DNA from: Octopus bimaculoides
Taxonomy: Eukaryota
NCBI RefSeq assembly: GCF_001194135.2
Contig: NC_068988.1
Span: 38,036,282 to 38,100,281, forward strand
Direction: 5' to 3'
Length of the DNA stretch: 64,000 nucleotides
Both the position numbers and the translations under genes were made by a program. Of the stretch, positions 12,161-26,560 are shown in pieces (position 1 is the first letter of the stretch; each line of letters starts with the position of its first letter). The notes under the pieces were generated by a model, which was not told where the DNA came from, searched no databases, and was given only the letters and a program-made list of their open reading frames with translations.

Positions 12161-13509
12161 AGTATCATTGAAATACATTGCTACCATGGAACATTTTTGC
12201 TCACAAGTCTGGGAAGCAGTTTTGTTAAAAGGATGTTTGAGGTTAATTTTTACAGGATATTGTAGCACCTGAACCACCACCTAACTTACACAAACCGTGA
12301 TGTTGTGCTTAAAAGATGCAGGCTGATTTTCTTGAACATGATTTTGGAGAAAAGAAATAGCATACATGCTACAGGCTGTGAAACATGGTACATTTCATTA
12401 ACTTGCAGTTTCTTTTATTATTTTGGTTCTTTATTTCAAATTTTCTAATGTCTTGGCTTTGGTTTATATTATTATAAATTTGGGCTTTCAACTTCTGTAT
12501 GCAACACTTATTTATTTCTTTGTCTGTGTGTCCATTCTCGTCGCCATTTTTGTTTCCTAAATTAGTCAATTGTTTGGGAATCCAGTAAAATGAGGGATCT
12601 AATTTTTCCTTTTTCTTCACATTATATCTATCAAATAACATTATAACTATCAAATACAGTACATTTCAATAGCCTGCTGTGTCATTTTCCTTATTTTATT
12701 TTTTATTTTCACTTTATCTTATGTCCTTTTTTTTCTTCCTTTTATCTTGGCTTCTATTATCATTTTGGTTTCAATTATTTTGTTTGTGGGGTTTATTTTA
12801 TGTATATCTCTTGTCTCTGCTCCAAGTCTCATTTCTGCATGGGTGCAAGTTTTCCCCGCTTATTCAAAATTCATTTTGTAAATTTGCCATTTTGTTGATT
12901 TTTTTCTCATATTTTATTGGTGATGGAATTTTTGTGTCTGATTTTTTTCATCTCCTTTTGTTTTTTACTTTGATTAAATTTAGAAATATCTGATAGTCAA
13001 AGACTGCCAATATAGAGCACTTTGTTGAGTGCTTATTGTAACTAGCTAGAAACTTCACATTACTAAAATTATATATTGCTGTAGTGAACTTTGTCATTCA
13101 TCTTCCTGTGGGAGACGTTTTGATGCATACACACGCAAAAAAAAAAGTACTAGTGGTCAATTTAGTCAATTAGTATCTTTTCTGTAAAAATTGTCTGTTT
13201 ACTTAATCAAAACAAATCAATATGTAAGCAATATGAAATGTTATTTATATAGTATACTGAATCTGTCATTTGGTAAGTAATGACTTGAAGGAAAACTACT
13301 TAAATCAATCTCATATGAAGTTTGAATAATATCGTAAACAACTGAACAATAACAGAGATTGCTACAACTGACTCAAGTTAGATTGAAGAGTTACTGCTGC
13401 CTGATAGTAAGGAATTTTTGTTTAACAGGTACAGGAAATTGGAGTGACAAAGAAGTTTACCAATATGTTGTGCAATGAGAAAGAGAAGATTATTATCATT
13501 ATTATTATT

Positions 13510-13880
13510 GAGTGAGAGAGCAGTGCATGCCATCAAAGTGACACTGGGGTAAAATATATGAAGCCCAGTATACCGATTATGACTACCCGTCTGATAAGGG
13601 TACACCAGGCACATGCATCACAACCATATGTGTGCAACATGGTCATCTCATCAAGATTAACAGCCCAACATAACTGTCATCTATCAAAATGTGTAACTAT
13701 CAACTACACTCTCGGAGTGGTTGGCATTAGGAAGGGCATCCAGCTGTAGAAACTCTGCCAAATCAGATTGGAGCCTGGTGTAGCCATCTGGTTTCACCAG
13801 TCCTCAGTCAAATCATCCAACCCATGCCAGCATGGAAAGCGGACGTTAAACGACGACGATGATGATGATGATGATGATGA
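13510..13880 (+). mobile_element. SINE-like element with the RTE-shared 3' tail (family C)
   Basis: The 3' about 170 bp is nearly identical to the LINE 3' UTR at 30541-30710 and ends in (GAT)n. Tail-containing copies also at about 18900, 23150, 31400, 35190, 38645, 40900, 45860, 54340, 58900, 59690 and 60840. Confidence 0.8.
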
Positions 13881-15214
13881 TCAAAATGTAAAATGCTGAA
13901 ATAGATGGCACAATTCATCTCACCCAACACCCAAATCATCAATCTCTCGTTGAGAATATCACAGCCTTAAAAATACTAACAACGATAATAATAATAATAA
14001 TAATAATAATAATCCTTTCTACTATAGGCACAAGGCCAGCAATTTCAGAAGAGGAGGCTGGTTGATTACATTGACCTCAGTACTCGATCTGGTTCTCATT
14101 TCAACAACCCTGAAAGGATGAAATGTAAAGACAGACAAAATGTGATCTTTCTATCTTAAGAACAAAGTGTGTGATTTAAGGGAGATTTGGCTACTTTCAG
14201 AATTTCAGTTGATTACATAAAACCTCTGTAATTGATGTTGGTTTTCACACTTGTTCTGTTGTGAATTTCATTCTCACCAATGATGCCAAAGTCTTACAGA
14301 TACCCTGCAGATTACTTTGAGTTTTAAGGTTAGGGATGAACTAGATCTGCAATTCTTACTTCTTGGCCCTTTATATACTACAAATGTTAGCTTGTACCAA
14401 CTCTGTTTCAGTTGGAATCAGTATGTACAGGAATCGCTTCTTTAATTTTCCAAATTGTAGCATTGTCTACAATTCTTGTTTACATCAAAAGATTTATGGT
14501 ACGATGGACATAATTGTATATTGCTTCATTACATTTAGATTTATTTGCATAATTTATGTAATATATCTTAATTATTCATTTCTGTGTTTATTATCATATT
14601 ATGCATTATCTACCAACCACTGTTGGAATCTAACGTTTTACTTGCTAGAAATAGCAACCAAAGCTTTCTCAAATCACTTATTTAAAAATAGGAATGATTC
14701 TTTAGATAATGTAGTGCTAGATGCACTCTGTCAAGAAAAAAAAAAGAAAGAAATAGCGACTGGTAAGATAGCGCTGGTTGGAATGTCTTTGTTTATAGAT
14801 TTCAATCTGAGATGACACAGGTTAAATATTGTCATAAATTATAGTATACATTACGTTCCTATTTAAATTGACCTCTGATATGTAACATGTAGCCAAAAGT
14901 TTTTTTTGTTTGTTTGTCTGTCTGTCTTGATTCTTCCAAAAGATTCTAGAAAGCAGAGAGAAAATAATGCACCACTAGATACATACTGCCCTAGGTAAAC
15001 ACTATGTGAACAGGCAGACTATATATATTATGCTCCCTGTTAGTGTATGTTTTCATGTGTGTTAACTACAGCATTAGAGTGCTTTAGCTCTTATTTCTAG
15101 CAATGTAGGTGTTACCTAACGCCCTAGTCACATTTAGTGACAATTTTAATTCTCCTTTTTAGTGAAACATTGCAAACTGCTGTTTATATTAGTTATATAT
15201 ATATATATGTGTGT

Positions 15215-15735
15215 GTGGAGGCACAATGGCCCCGTGGTTAGGGTAGTAGACTTGTGGTCATAGGATCATAGTTTCAATTCCCAGACCGGGCGTTGTGAGT
15301 GTTTATTGAGTGAAAACACCTAAAGCTCTACGAGGCTCCGGCAGGAGACGGTGGCAAACTGCTGTATTCTTTCACCACAACTTTCTCTCACACTTTCTTC
15401 CTGTTTCTGTTGTACCTGTATTTCACAGGGCCAGTCTTATTTCTTTTATTTCTTTACTGCCCACAAGGAGCTAAACATAGAGGGGACAAACAAGGACAGA
15501 CAAGGAGATTAAGTCGATTACATCGACCCCCAGTGCATTACTGGTACTTAATTTATTGACCCCGAAAGGATGAAAGGCAAAGTCAACCTCGGCGGAATTT
15601 GAACTCAGAACGTAACGGCAGACGAAATACCGCTAAGCATTTCGCCCGGCGTACTAACGATTCTGTCAGCTCGCCGCCTTTCACAGGGCCAGTCTTGTTA
15701 CACTCTGTGTCACGCTGAATCTCCCTGAGAACTAC
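15215..15735 (+). mobile_element. SINE family F, interrupted by the family B copy and truncated by a gap
   Basis: Head GTGGAGGCACAATGGCCCCGTGGTTAGGG; homologous to 45219-45605. Confidence 0.8.
15439..15680 (-). mobile_element. Young SINE family B copy inserted into a family F SINE
   Basis: Perfect 16-18-bp TSD TTTCACAGGGCCAGTCTT (15421-15438, 15679-15696); CpGs retained. Confidence 0.9.
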
Positions 15736-18700
15736 NNNNNNNNNNNNNNNNNNNNNNNNNNNNNNNNNNNNNNNNNNNNNNNNNNNNNNNNNNNNNNNNN
15801 NNNNNNNNNNNNNNNNNNNNNNNNNNNNNNNNNNNNNNNNNNNNNNNNNNNNNNNNNNNNNNNNNNNNNNNNNNNNNNNNNNNNNNNNNNNNNNNNNNNN
15901 NNNNNNNNNNNNNNNNNNNNNNNNNNNNNNNNNNNNNNNNNNNNNNNNNNNNNNNNNNNNNNNNNNNNNNNNNNNNNNNNNNNNNNNNNNNNNNNNNNNN
16001 NNNNNNNNNNNNNNNNNNNNNNNNNNNNNNNNNNNNNNNNNNNNNNNNNNNNNNNNNNNNNNNNNNNNNNNNNNNNNNNNNNNNNNNNNNNNNNNNNNNN
16101 NNNNNNNNNNNNNNNNNNNNNNNNNNNNNNNNNNNNNNNNNNNNNNNNNNNNNNNNNNNNNNNNNNNNNNNNNNNNNNNNNNNNNNNNNNNNNNNNNNNN
16201 NNNNNNNNNNNNNNNNNNNNNNNNNNNNNNNNNNNNNNNNNNNNNNNNNNNNNNNNNNNNNNNNNNNNNNNNNNNNNNNNNNNNNNNNNNNNNNNNNNNN
16301 NNNNNNNNNNNNNNNNNNNNNNNNNNNNNNNNNNNNNNNNNNNNNNNNNNNNNNNNNNNNNNNNNNNNNNNNNNNNNNNNNNNNNNNNNNNNNNNNNNNN
16401 NNNNNNNNNNNNNNNNNNNNNNNNNNNNNNNNNNNNNNNNNNNNNNNNNNNNNNNNNNNNNNNNNNNNNNNNNNNNNNNNNNNNNNNNNNNNNNNNNNNN
16501 NNNNNNNNNNNNNNNNNNNNNNNNNNNNNNNNNNNNNNNNNNNNNNNNNNNNNNNNNNNNNNNNTATATATATATATATATGACAGGCATCTTTTAGTTT
16601 CTGTCTACCAAATCTATCTATTCACAGGGCTTTGGTCCACCCAGGGTTATAGTAGAAGACACTTCTTCAAGGTGCCTTGCAGTGGGACTGAACCTAAAAC
16701 CACATAATTGGGATGGAAGCTTCTTAACTATACAGCCATGCCTGTGCTTTCAAGTGTAAAATATAATTTCATAGATGATATTAATCATCTAAGAATTGAG
16801 TGGCTGGACAGCAACTGACAAAATGCCAAACCACTATAGATTTAATAATTTTTGCTCATTTATGTGATGATTTAGCAGCTGATGAATAAATCACATTTAT
16901 TCAGAAACATATTGCAGCAAGTCTGACAAATGTTTCATAGTCCTGACAGCTGGAATGACAAATCTGTTATTGCAAAGGATATGCACTGAAAGAGTCAGTT
17001 CATCTTATAGGGATGACTGCTGTAGATGGCAATCTGTGTCCCAAGCAAACTGAGTTGGGAGGTGGGTTAGAAGCCCAGGATGCTACATGTTCTTTACTAG
17101 TATAAGCTTGGAAAGAACTTTATAGATTGTTTTACTTCCTATACAGTGCAGGTATGGTTGTGTGAGCAAAAAGACTGCATTGCAATAATGGTTCTGTGTT
17201 TAATACCATTAAGTAGCACTGTGGGCAATTGTTTGCTGCTTTAGCCTTGAGTTGGTGACCCAAGCTTTGTAAGTGAATTTGGATTGATGGAAGCTTGTTG
17301 ATATATTTGATATTGGGTGGGAGACTTAAACTGTGTTTCAATTTAGGATCACTATCTCATCTTTAGGTACTTTAGTGGAGAGCACTCTGTTGCAGGTATT
17401 TGAGCCTGGTTTTTGTTTACAGATGTTTCATGAATTGTGGTTTCTCTTCATCCCAGCAATTTTGAAAGTTCTGTAAAACAGCCATGGCTACTTGGTCCTT
17501 CTTCTTTTGATGAAGCCATTAAAGCAAAATCAACAAAAGAAAAAAGAAAAATCACAGAACATAAACAGAATTAAATTAATGTTTTGAGAAATTGAACGAC
17601 ATTGTATCCTTTAGGAAATAACAAGAAAAAGATGAACAAAATTAACTCCATCTGAGAAATTCAGATATCTCAAGGTTGCATCCGTTTATTTCAAAAATAA
17701 TCAATTTTAACTATATTGAACAAAAAAAGATTGTTAGAAAATGATATAGAAAAAGTCAGTTTTAAACTTCAATCAAAAGTCAACAGTACAAATTATGTTA
17801 ATAATAATAATGCTGTAGAAATATTGAATTTCTCGAAAATAAAAATTATTTCATTCTCTGAATTTAATATGATGCACTGTAAAAATGCATGTATAACACA
17901 CTGGTTTTGGGCTATAAATTGTTTTAAAACCCTGTAATATCATGTACAATATATTCAGTGTTGCCTGACAGATACAATAGTAGTTGAGCTACCATAATCC
18001 AATGTATTAGTTTTTGATATTTCATTTTATGTGAAATATATCGGTATATAATAAAATACGATCTAAAAACATAATGATAAAACTTTATTTATATTTGCTA
18101 TTTTTTTTTATTAATAGTGGGTGGGGCAAAACTTTGCAGCTTAATACTATGTATAATATGCATCTGTAATTTTAATCTTGACTTTTGTAAAAAAAAAAAT
18201 TTAAAAAAAAAAAAATCTAAGTGGATCTTGCACATAGTGTTTTGCCATGTGGGTATGTGACTATAAATGCGCTCTTCTGTTTTTTTAAAAAATTATTTGA
18301 AGTCTTCCTGTGAGGAAGGAGCTGGTTTCTCACAAAGATACAAAGCTCTATCATTGGAATATTGATAACAAAAGTAATGCCACATTTCTGTATATAGGTA
18401 TCTCTTTCCCTCCACTTCCTCTCTCTCTACTCTGATTCATTTGATTGTTTCTTGTTTGCTTTTTGTATGCTTACATGGGGTTAGATGAATATGTTATTGA
18501 GGTGTTGTTTTACTGCTGGATGCCCTTCCAGCTGCTAACCATTTACCTGTTTTTCCAGGTTAGGTAAAAAAAAAAAGTCATTCATTCACACATCTTTGAA
18601 GGCTCAAAGTGAGATGATTTGTGGATGAAAGAACTCCATAACAGCAACACTGCTGTATGTTGCAACTTGTGCTGAAGTGAGTGAAATGTAAACAAGCACA

Positions 18701-19869
18701 CAGAAACACAGACACATATACACACACAATGTAGTCTTGTCCAAACTATGCAAATACAGAAAAGTGGATAACTCTCTCACACACACACATATTGTATGCA
18801 TAACTAAGAGCCACATATGCTAGAACCTCAATGAACCCACAGATTATCCAAATGTCTGATAGATCTTCAGCAAGTATCACCACTTGGATAAATATTTGCT
18901 GAAGTACCTGTACCAGTCAACGTAAAAGGCAGCCAGTACATTCTGTAAAGTGGTTGGCAATAGGAAGGGCATCCAGCTGTAGAAACTATGCCGAAACAGA
19001 CAATTGGAGCCTGGGCAGCTCTCTGGCTTGCCAGCATGGGAAACAGCCATTTGTTGATGATGATGATATATGTGTGTGCACGACTTTGTAAATGTGTTTG
19101 ATTGTGTCTCTTTATCTTAATATTGCTTAATAATTGTAAACAAGTGTCATCATCATACAAGCAGTGGCCTACATATCTAAGCTTCTGTGAAAACATTTCC
19201 AGCCTTGTCTAGAAACAAGTGAAGGTTGGTGGCAGAAAGAGCATCTGGTCATTGAAAATTTGCCTCAGCTAATTCCATTTGACCTTTGGAAGTATGGAAA
19301 AGTGAACATAAAAGCAATGATGATGATTCATGAGAGAGAATTAATGTATAATCCTATATAAGTAAAGGATATTTAATTATATTCTTTTTTCAATGATGAT
19401 ATAAGTGTTATGAGCTGCAACAGATGGTCTCTCCCACCATTTAGCTAGCAACCTCCTCTCTCTCTCTCTCTCTCTCACTGCTTTATTGTCTCCTTATGCT
19501 TTTAGCAATAGATAAATCAATGAACTTATAATTTTTCTCTCATTCTGTTAGTATTTGTTTTATTATTTAATTTGGAAGCAAGCGTGAAAAGTCAGAGCAA
19601 GCCATACTCTGTCTGTCTGTCTCATTCTCTATTTCTTTCATATGCACATAAATTCACACATATTGCAAATTACATATCTGTTATGTGCATGATCTGTAGT
19701 GTGTGTGTGTAACATGTGTTGTGAGTGTGTGTGTGCGTACATGTATATTACACACACACACACACACATATAGAATGTGTGAAAGTAGTTATCAATCCCA
19801 TCCTTTTTGTCTGCTTTTTTCTTATTTCTGTGGTTTGGAAAGCACTGTGTCGTATTTATTGCCATTGCC

Positions 19870-20110
19870 TTTATGAGGTTCAGCCTTCACCACTTCTTCC
19901 TATATCGTCTTTGATCTTCATCTTCTGCATGCAGCTTCTGTCTTCCACAGGCGTAATTTGCCTGTCTTCCATATTTGGAATTTCTTCTCTAACTATTTGA
20001 TAGATTCATCAGTAAAAACCTAATTATCAACATACAGGAGCTTCCAAGGACAGTTGGTTTTAAACTCCTCTGATACTGTCTGAAGAAGTTTAACAAAAGA
20101 AAAGGTCTTA
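19870..20110 (-). mobile_element. RTE LINE RT fragment
   Basis: LLQTVSEEFKTNCPWKLLYVDN...LEKKFQIWK matches the RTE EEFKTGCPWELLYADD motif. Confidence 0.75.
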
Positions 20111-20196
20111 GAACTGAGTCCTGGTGGACATGTATTTTTATGTCTGGCATGGTAACAATTCTTCCAACTCACCACTTTAATGATGATAATGACAAT

Positions 20197-20414
20197 GATA
20201 ATTCTTTCTACTATAAGCACAAGGCCTGAAATTTTGTGGGAGGGGGCTACTGAATTACATTTACCCCAGTGCTCAACTGGTACTTATTTCATTGACCGCT
20301 AAAGGATGAAAAAAAAAGTTTACCTCTGTGGAATTTGAACTCAGCAGCATTTCACCCATGTTTACATTCTAAGTGTTTTGTGTGGCATGCTAGCTAACGA
20401 TTTTGCCAGCTTGC

Positions 20415-20453
<39 letters not shown>

Positions 20454-20640
20454 TCTTTCTACTGGAAGCACAAGGCCTCAAATTTGGGGGAAGGGTTTAA
20501 GTTGATTACATCGACCCCAGTGCATAACTGGTACTTATTTAATCGACCCCGAAAGGATGAAAGGCAAATTCTACCACAGTGGAATTTCAACTCATAATAA
20601 TAATGATAATAATAATAATATTAATAATAATTATTATTAT
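20197..20640 (-). mobile_element. Two chained family B SINEs with (TAA)n junctions
   Basis: Same architecture as the 36 kb chain; related fragments at about 13985-14130 and 21040-21430. Confidence 0.7.
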
Positions 20641-21860
20641 TATTGTTCCTGTTGTCTTCGGAACATTGAGTTCAATCCCATCCAATCTGAAGATGTATTT
20701 GGACACCTTAGACATTTTCTACAATCTTAGCATGTTGCAAAAATCAGCTTTACTTAGAACTGCATGCATACTGCGTAATGTACTGTCTGTCTGAGGTCTT
20801 TGCGGTGACTTGACAGATGGTACAAACCTTCTGTACACACAATACATTCAATCTACAACATCACATTATTGGATACTGTGTGACACATTTCTTTCTCTTT
20901 TCAATGATTAGCAAATGAGTGACTATCTTTCCATGCAGACACAGCACAGGCTATGCTTTCAGGATTTTTCGGATAAAGTATGCAGAAATAATCCAATAGG
21001 TTCATCATTAATTATGTGAAATATTCATGGGGGTCCCGCTAGTGATAATAATTGTTTCTAGTTATGGCACAAGGAGCAGTCATTTATATAGACTCCAGTA
21101 TTTTGCTAGTACTTTGTCTCTGCAAAGTTGATCTCAGCGGGATTTGAACCCAGAACTAAAAGAATCAGAAAAGATATTCATGTTGTAACAATTCTGTTAA
21201 TCCTTAATAATAATGATAATAACAATATAACATCTCTAGTTTAAGCATAGGGCCAGAAATTTTGAAGGAAAGAAATTAGTTGATGTGACTGACTCCACTA
21301 TCAGTACTTGACCAATAATTTATTTAAGGAAAGGCAAAGTTGACCTCATCAGAATTTGAACCCAGGAAGTAAACTACCAGAGTCAATAACATAAGGTATT
21401 TTGTCTGATGCTCTAACAATTCTGCCAACCAATGACAGTAATTATATGTATGCATGTATGTGTGTGAGAGAGAGAGGGGGGATCTCAGTATTGTATAAAT
21501 ACAACGAAGCTTTTGTTTTGATCTTTTCAGAAGTCTAATTTATTCTAAACATTATTATGTTTTGTTCATAATTTATATCTATTTTTATTTTTATTTTTAT
21601 TCTGACCTATTTAGCTGACAGTTAACAGTAAGTCACATATCTCACCATTACCCAATTAACCAACCATCTGTTGTCTTCATATCACATCAGTAGGTGACTG
21701 ACACTTTTTTGTTTAGCCCTAGGTTAGTACTGATTGAGTAGACCACTATGGATGGTTTAAATCTGTGGTTCTCAACCATTTTTTTCCTATGGACCCCCTT
21801 GTAGCCATTCAATGCTTTAAAAAAATCTTATAATATATTTATGATTAAATATTAAATATA

Positions 21861-22232
21861 GGCGTAGGCGTGGCTGTGTAGTAAAAAGCTTGCTTCCAAG
21901 TTCAGTCCCACTATCTGCCACCTTGGCCAAGTGTCTTTTACTATAGTCTTGGGCCAACCAAAGCCTTGTGAGTAGATTCGATGGGTGGAAACTGAAAGAA
22001 GCCCATCATATGTGTGTGTGTGTATATGTATTTGTTCCCCCATCACTGCTTGACAACCAGTGCTGGTGTGTTTACATCTCTTAACTTAGTGGTTTGGCAA
22101 AAGAGACCAATAAAGTAAATACTACTGGGCTTAGAAAAAAATAAGTCCTAGAGTTGATTTGTACAACTAAAACCCTTGAAGGCAGTGCTCTAGCATGGCT
22201 GTTAAATGATTGAAACAAGTAAAAGATAGAAG
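21861..22232 (+). mobile_element. SINE family A, full length
   Basis: Family head, internal microsatellite and tail. Confidence 0.8.
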
Positions 22233-22287
22233 ATTAGGAACTGTATAAAAAAATACTGTTAAAATATTTTGTGTATTATGTATTGGT

Positions 22288-22600
22288 GAAGGTGCATGGC
22301 TCAGTCGTTAGAGCATCGCAATCACAATCATGAGGTACTGAGTTCAATTCTTGTGTTCTTGAGCAAAGCACTTTATTTCACATTGCTCCAGTTCACTCAG
22401 CTGTAGAAATGAGTTGCAATGTCACTAGTGTCAAGCTGTGCTGGCTTTTGCCTTTCCTTTGGTGGCATGGAGAGGGGAGGCTAGTATGTATGGGCGGGCG
22501 ACTTCTGGTCTTCCATAGACAACTTTTCCCGGACTTGTGCCTAGTTGGAGAACTTTCTAGGTGCAATCTCATGATCATTCATGACTGAAGGAGGTCTTTA
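22288..22600 (+). mobile_element. SINE family D (tRNA head plus CORE-like central domain)
   Basis: GAAGGTGCATGGCTCAGT...CTTGAGCAA..CACTTTATTTCAC.TTGCTCCAGTTCACTCAGCTGTAGAAATGAGT...GGTCTTTA. Confidence 0.8.
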
Positions 22601-25473
22601 TTGTAGAAGTATAACTGATTTATTGCACATAATTTTTGACAAGCAAAATCTTACATGGGCTCCAGTTGAGAACCACTGTCTTAGACTTAACACATCACTA
22701 GGATTAACACCACCACCACCAGGTACCTTTAGTGCCAGTAGAGGATTCCGTTCTTTGGCAAGCACATGGGCCAGGTTTCCCTCTCTCTTGCTTTTATCTA
22801 ATGAGTGATCTGGACATTTGAAAAAATATAGTCTTAGAGCTTATTTCTCCAGTGCACTTGCTGCATATGAAGTTTACTCTGTGTTAGTCTAACTGTGATT
22901 CCACTGCACCCCTTGTGTGTCCATTGTTTACACTGGGAACACTGTATGGAGTTTTTTTCCTACTATTTTTCTGCATACTAAGCTTAGACATTTTCCTGTT
23001 TTTTTCCCTCTTTATTCAAATTTTAGTTTTTATGAAGATTCACTTTAATCCTTTAGCATTCAGATTATTCTGTCAAATGTGATATTCAAATATTAACATT
23101 GTTTTGAATTAACCATGCATTATCTTGTTTCAAGATTTCAATGGTGTCTTCATCATAATTTAATGTCCGCTCCCCATGCTGGCATGGGTTGGATGGTTTG
23201 ACATGGAACTGGCTAGCAGGGTGCTGTCCAGACTCCAACTGTCTGTTGTGGCTTGGTTTCTGTGGCTGGATGCCCTTCCTAATTCCAACCAAATGGTACT
23301 GACACCCGAAAGGACAAGCTGGTAAGTGTGGAAGACAGCGATTTTACATAGCTTGATGCGTCAAATCAAATATAGCAAATTGCCACATCTTCCAGTCCCA
23401 TATCAATTCTCAGTGAGGCCCAGTGTTCGAAGAACCTTCCACACCACTTCATCCCATGTCTTCCTGCTCGCATATGTATATGCCTTACACCTGTACAGGC
23501 AATATCAATTTAATGGAAGGAGAGAGTTAATGTACAGCAGAAGCATTTGATCATAATAAACAAATCACCTGTGCATGTAGTTGAGCAAGAAATTGCTAAA
23601 TCCCCACTTGTTGTTTATGACAGGAGAGTCTGCCTGTGTGTATATAAAAATTAGGGAAGTTTTCTTATGTGAAAGTTAAAGAAAGAGTTACGTGCATATG
23701 CATACACACACTCATTCATACATGCTCAGACACACATACACATATTTTGTGTGTGGATATGTATATATTAACATATACATATGCATATTTGTGTGCCTGA
23801 GAGGCTTTTAACATATATGAGATGCATAAAGCATTATTTATGCATATAACATTATTTGCAATCTACCTTTTAGTCTTACATATCTACTTTTGCATTTTAA
23901 CTGACAACGCAGTTCTGCTATGTGTCTAACCAATCAAACACTTAAGAATCAAACCATAGATTTTGTGTCTCATATATGCACTGATTGATTGATGAGTTAG
24001 CAGTGTCTTTCTCAAAAACATGTGACCATCATTTTAAAGATGTTAAAGAGTTTACTAAGAACAGCAAAAGACAGCTGAAGGGAAGGCCTCTTTTAGCTGC
24101 TGTTGTTTAGCCAAAGGTCAGCCATGATGATGGCAGTTTTAGGATGTAATACATTTCAGCAGAGAACATCCTATCATATGTTCTCTAAGTATTGTGTATC
24201 TAGGAGTACAATATCCAATGTACCTCTCTTTTTTTTTTTAAGTGGTAGTGTTTAGTTTCAAGAAGGGAGTTTAGCAGCAAATTGACAGTCATTAGGGCAT
24301 TGGACAGAATGCATCACAGATTAAGCATTGTGAATTCAAATCTCACTGAGGTAAGCTTTGCTTTTTATCTTTTTGATGTCAATAAATAAGTACCAACCCA
24401 GCTCAAGATTGTCAGGTCATGAGTTCGATTCCTGACAACATGTTGTCCTTGAGCAAGGCATTTTATTCCATGTTGCTCCAGTCCACTTAGCTTGCAAAAA
24501 TGAGTTGTACCTGTAATTGAAATACCAACCTAGTCACATTCTGTATTGTGCTGAAACTCCTTGAGAATTATGTTAAGGGTACACATGTTTGTGGAGTGCT
24601 CAGCCACTTGCACATTAATTTCATGAGCAAGCAGTTCTGTTGACTGGATCAACTGGAACTCCCATGTTGTAACTGATGGAGTGCTAGGGTTGTCCACCAT
24701 GAGGTCCACACCTTGTTACAGTGTGGCGGTCCATGACCCTGAGAGCTATAGCAGCAGAGTGCAAACTCCTAGTAGGGTCTCCCATGCTGGACAAGCCAGA
24801 GGATAGAGGCCAGACTAATATGAACCACTTCTTCCCCGCAATAAAGATGGGTTTGTGTGGGGCCAACACCCTTAACCTAGAAAAAAAGCAAAGTTATAGA
24901 AGCATCACTGACAATTCCTGACCAACAAGACCTGGAAGAGAAAGGCTTTCCCTCAGCGAAACATGCCTGGACCATTGGAGTAATTTAATCCCAGTTACAT
25001 CATTCTGACTAAAGACAGGATTGTCACTGCTAGAATGTCTTTGGTAAGAGATCTACTTAACCAGAATTTCCTTCACTGGCTTTCTAGAAATGAGTGATTA
25101 ATTAGTTGAACTTGCAAGTTCTTGTATTGGTCAGGGGGAAGGCTTTGTGAAACATCAGTGTATTTAACCAATGAGAGAACCACTATGTAGTCACACAACA
25201 TGCTAGAAATAGCTACAAAATTCTACCACAAATCATATATTAGTATCATAAATAAAGGAAAGGATACATTAATTAAATAATTTAGTCTTACATACTCTGA
25301 AAGGTAGAGTGGCCATGGCTAGAACACCTTAGGTAATAAGTGTGGTGCATCAAATTTGACTTGTTAAGTTGCAGGGAAAATTAATGAGCTAATGAAAGAC
25401 TCTTTATATGATCTATCAATCTACTGGACATAGCCTCCAATTTCTCACTCGTTTTACTCACCACCATTTTAAC

Positions 25474-25693
25474 CCTTTTACATTTAAATCTGCCACATCT
25501 GGCCTAAATATTCTACTTGTTTTATGTTCAAACCAATCAGATTGGACCCCTTATACTTATCCAACAATGTCATTCTAAATATGGACAATCATATCAAAAT
25601 CCCAAAGCTACGAGGTACTGCATGATTAATTCAAAATAATGCAAATAAATAAACATTGTAATTGACAGAGTAATCTGAATTCTAAAGAGCTAA
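25474..25693. mobile_element. piggyBac-type MITE
   Basis: TTAACCCTTTTACATTT...GAATTCTAAAGAG with the family interior. Confidence 0.65.
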
Positions 25694-26141
25694 ATAAGGA
25701 CACAGTAATTGTATAGAGTAGTCCTTCTTGCTTCTAAAATGTTTAGGTGGGTATGACTTTGGATATTCTTCATCCATTGTGTCAATGAACTGTTGTCTTT
25801 GATTTCAAGTGTTAGAAATCAATGAAAGGCCAACTATGCTAATCTCATCAGATCTTGCAATCTTTCTGATCCAAAGCATTGTACTTATTCAAGGTGATAT
25901 CTCTTCTGTTCCCATTGCTCTTAGCTGTAGAATCAGAATCAAAGGATCTAAAAACAATATAGCCTTAGCCTACTTAAAGGTGTTTAAGTGTAGGTTATCA
26001 AGTTCATTATTGAATGGAATATTGAAATATTTGTGTATATATATGCATGCTCACTCACACATACACAATACCTGTGCTTACATAATGTAAGATAGTGGTA
26101 AATGGTTTACAACGTACATAGTTATGCATGTATTTTTACTA

Positions 26142-26560
26142 TTCTTGTACTTGTTTCAGTCATTTGACTGCGGCCATGCTGGAGCACCGCCTTTAGTCAA
26201 ACAAATCAACCCCAGGACTTAGTCTTTGTAAGCCTAGTACTTATTCTATTGGTCCTTTTGCTGAACTGTTAAGCTATGGGGATGTAAACACACCAACATC
26301 GGTTGTTAAGCAATAACGGGGACACAAAAACAGACACAAATATATGCATACATACACACGCATGCACACACACACATATATATATATATAAATATATATA
26401 CAACGGGCTTCTTTCAGTTTTTGTCTACCAAATCCACTCACAAGGTTTTGGTTGGCCTGAGGCTATAGTAGAAGACATTTGCCCAAAGTGCCACACAGTG
26501 GGACTGAACCTGGAATCGTGTGGTTGGGAAGCAAGCTTCTTATCACAGCCACTCCTGCAC
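26142..26560 (-). mobile_element. SINE family A, full length
   Basis: Family head and tail. Further partial copies at about 16582-16746(-), 26830-26995(-), 29506-29671(+), 39050-39135(-), 52330-52490(-) and 52520-52790(-). Confidence 0.8.

Larger units (their letters stand above)
21763..22678. mobile_element. hAT-type MITE carrying two nested SINEs
   Basis: Termini CTGTGGTTCTCAAC and GTTGAGAACCACTG; the interior holds SINE family A (21861-22232) and family D (22288-22600). TSD eroded. Confidence 0.6.

Noticed and set aside
14363-14815. 150-aa ORF
   Set aside because: TTG start, AT-rich compositional bias, and no family motif.
16878-16920. CTGATGAATAAAT-CAC-ATTTATTCAGAAAC as a hammerhead
   Set aside because: Three extra nt precede GAAA, and there is no NUH triplet or stem I.
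17050-17530. Coding-like composition on the minus strand (MASSKEEGPSSHG...)
   Set aside because: Multiple stops and no motif that could be assigned; it needs BLASTx.
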